This document shows, in pieces, positions 61,320-64,000 of a stretch of 64,000 nucleotides of DNA. Position 1 is the first letter of the stretch. Each line of letters opens with the position of its first letter. The stretch covers positions 13,990,784 through 14,054,783 of the forward strand of contig CM121341.1 in assembly GCA_051530055.1 (NCBI GenBank). Direction: 5' to 3'. The notes under the pieces are model-generated. The model had not been told where the DNA came from, searched no databases, and saw nothing but the letters and a program-made list of their open reading frames with translations. This stretch comes from Neoechinorhynchus agilis. Its lineage: Eukaryota > Animalia > Acanthocephala. Made by a program: the position numbers and the translations under genes.

Positions 61320-63270
61320 ACCATACTCTTTAGGTCCTCTGAGAAACGGCGTTAGAGAATTCAACATTTCTGGTGTCTATCGCCCTCTTGCCCCCTCGTC
61401 CTGAGTCATCTTTGTTCCAAATTGACTCTATCATCAAGCTCAAACTCCACAAATTCGCACCATTTCTTAATTGCAGGGGACTTCAATAAACTATTTCCTC
61501 TACCATTCTCCGAGTTGCGTCGACTTATTGACTTCCCAACTCGTCTTGACGCTCACCTCGACAAAGTGTTCACAAATATCGACGCCTACTCATCCGCCTC
61601 TAAACTACTTCCCCCTCCGCGAACTCTGACAACTCTTCTGCACTTATTACTCCCACCACCCCACCTCAGCGTATAGCCAAAATTTTATAAAATTGTTCAA
61701 CTCAATTATTTGCACATTCCACTATGACAACACAAATAACCCTTCCTTGGCCATGTCCTCCCTAACCTCAATCATAAAAAATTCCCTATTAGGATCTCCA
61801 ACCGTGATCCACCATGAATAGCCCTCATTTTGAAACTTCTTCAAAGGCAAGCTTCTAAGGCGCCCCACCGCAGTAATTCTAAAGGCTTTCCCCGTTTACA
61901 AAAAGCACTTACTAACAAAATACTTGTCGTCCCCAAAAACTTCTTTTCCTATGAAATTCGTTCAAGCGGCAATTCAACATGGTAGCCGGCCGTCAAGGAC
62001 TCTCTTGGTTCACGCCACCCCGATCCCTTCCCTAATTTTACATCCAACGGATTAAAACAGGTTCTAGATTCCATTAATCAGAACCTCTGCCCGAACTCAG
62101 TTTAAAATCAATGCTCCACATCTGACACCACACAATCTTTCACGCCCACACCCGAAACTTTTGTCAACTCGCCGATACTCCCCTTAGTTTCTTCATGCGA
62201 AGTACTACAGTACCTCAATAAATTACCTCGAAATTCGTCCTATCAATCCGAAATCCCGAGCTGGGCTCTTCGCTACATCATCCCCGATCTCATCGACCCT
62301 TTTACCCACATTATAAACCCCTGAAAAACTGCCAAAGTAATCCTTATTCCAAAAACGGACATCCTATTTCCGCCGAATCATTCCGTTTAATATCCATTCT
62401 AACCGTTCTTTAAAAAAATCACCTAAAAATGTTCTAAATCTCGCCTTCTTTCACTTTTTAACGAAAAGTTATTGCCCCTACAATTTGGCTTCCACTCCTA
62501 CGCGACCTCGACAATCACTCGTTTACCACACCACCTCTCCCTCTTCTTAACCTATAACGAAATCACACAAGTAAAGGATTTCTGCACCAATCACAAACTC
62601 CATCTCAATTTCTCTAAATGCTTCGAAATGATCCCCTCTCTCCCGCAACCCCAAACCATCTCCCGAGCTTCTTAATGACATCCTAAGAGTTACCTCCCTA
62701 AGAATTCTCTCGCCTAGGGTTATCCCGCCTTTTGCAATCTATCGAAATCTCAAATCCGTCGTCTTGAAATGTTTCATAAGTGAGCATCTAAAATTTGCAC
62801 AGCTGACTTTCCCCCTCTCACCGAAAGTTTGATGCTATGTTCATAAAAGAATCCAAAGGTCCATCAACCCTACCACCACAATTTCTACCACATATCGCTC
62901 CTTTTTCACACGAGTACAACTATCGTAATCCTAATTCGTTTCACCCTTCTATACCTCGCACCTCCCTATATCTACGCTCCTTTTTCCATGCTGCCCAATC
63001 TCCTCGGATATCATAACCTGAAATGAACCTGAGGAAAGACCAACCTTACAAGCGCTTCTGGAAACAATAACCACTAATTCCCACCAGAACGGACCTTCCA
63101 ACCCAACCGGATATTCTCAAACGAACGGACATATTCTCACCCGAACAAACATCCCCCGGCTGAATAGTTACCACCCGAACGGACTTCCCCCGACCGAATA
63201 TTCCCATCCTAACGGATACGCTTTTTTGAGCAACTCTGAACTCGAGTGCTTATGAGAACCCAAAGGTACA
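61320..63270 (+). mobile_element. L2/CR1-like LINE, degraded, internally deleted
   Basis: FLIAGDFN, FPTRLDAHLDKVFTN, KTAKVILIPK. The 3' 500 bp matches 22990-23500, including the ccgaacggacat tail repeats. Confidence 0.8.
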
Positions 63271-63627
63271 TGAGTCCTATTCTGTATTTTTTTATCAATA
63301 AACGTGCTATTATTATCGGTGCTTAAAATTGCTCTAATAGTTAGATGATTTTTATTGAATAAACTGTTGTTCTTTGTCTCAGTATGGTCCTCGTGGCTAA
63401 AAAGCGCATCTATTATCGACACTTCTCCGATAGAATGCGCAGATGCTTAAGAAAGTAATTCACAAACGACTTTGTGCATATATCATTCCTACCGATCAAA
63501 ATTGGACATTTCTGCATTAAAAACAAGACAAGTACTTTACGCTTAGGTATTTTAGTCCTTACACATCAATGATGAAGACAGTCATTTAGTTTTGCTTTTT
63601 GCCAATCGTTCCAGTGCACCCCTTTCC

Positions 63628-64000
63628 TCAACAAAATCCTATATTTCGCTTCAAAGCTTGCCTAACGGCCATTGTTGCGTACGCTGACGTCGGTAAAGAG
63701 AATGAAATAACACAAGCAAGTTTCGGTTTGAAATCAACTAATTTAGTATCCTTTTGATTGTTAATTTGGTCCCAATCCGATTCGATGAGCGATTCATCTG
63801 CAGTTGAATATTCTTTGAAGCTCAAAGAATTGCAGCCGGTTCTTTCAATCAGTTTTCGATAGAACCCTGGGGAATCGTATTCCCTAGAAACAAATAAGTT
63901 TAAATACTTGATAAAATGCTTACTTATATTTAGATCGAAAGCTGTTATAAATATTTTCAAGTTTGTCTTCTTTACAAATCAACCGCTCGTATTCCGATTT
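63628..64000 (-). CDS. PUS7: Pseudouridine synthase 7 (TruD family), 3' end; gene continues beyond the window
   Basis: Last two exons (63924-64000 and 63628-63883, 40-nt GT-AG intron) give YK/EYDSPGFYRKLI...FSLPTSAYATMAVRQALK. Confidence 0.85.

Overview
AT-rich, repeat-dense eukaryotic (probably invertebrate animal) genomic DNA with very short (40-54 nt) spliceosomal introns. Recognisable genes: an 11-exon DNA primase small subunit (PRIM1, includes one GC-AG intron), COA8/APOPT1, the 3' end of PUS7, a GTPBP6/HflX gene split inside its P-loop by a 672-nt segment, an orphan secreted protein, and decayed SLC17, HIPK-like kinase and Gln/Pro-repeat genes. Much of the rest is retroelement debris: RTE, L2/CR1-like, CRE-like, Penelope and Ty3/gypsy. 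The most notable signal is RNA-level. A dispersed repeat family carries a hammerhead ribozyme whose three strands are in a non-circularly permuted order (4 copies, 2 with intact cores). The best copy lies in a 380-nt, directly repeated, tRNA-Ser-headed monomer that looks like a Pol III SINE/retrozyme-like element. Penelope-type minimal hammerheads and twister-like motifs at RTE 5' ends are also present. All folds were read by eye and none was computed or tested.
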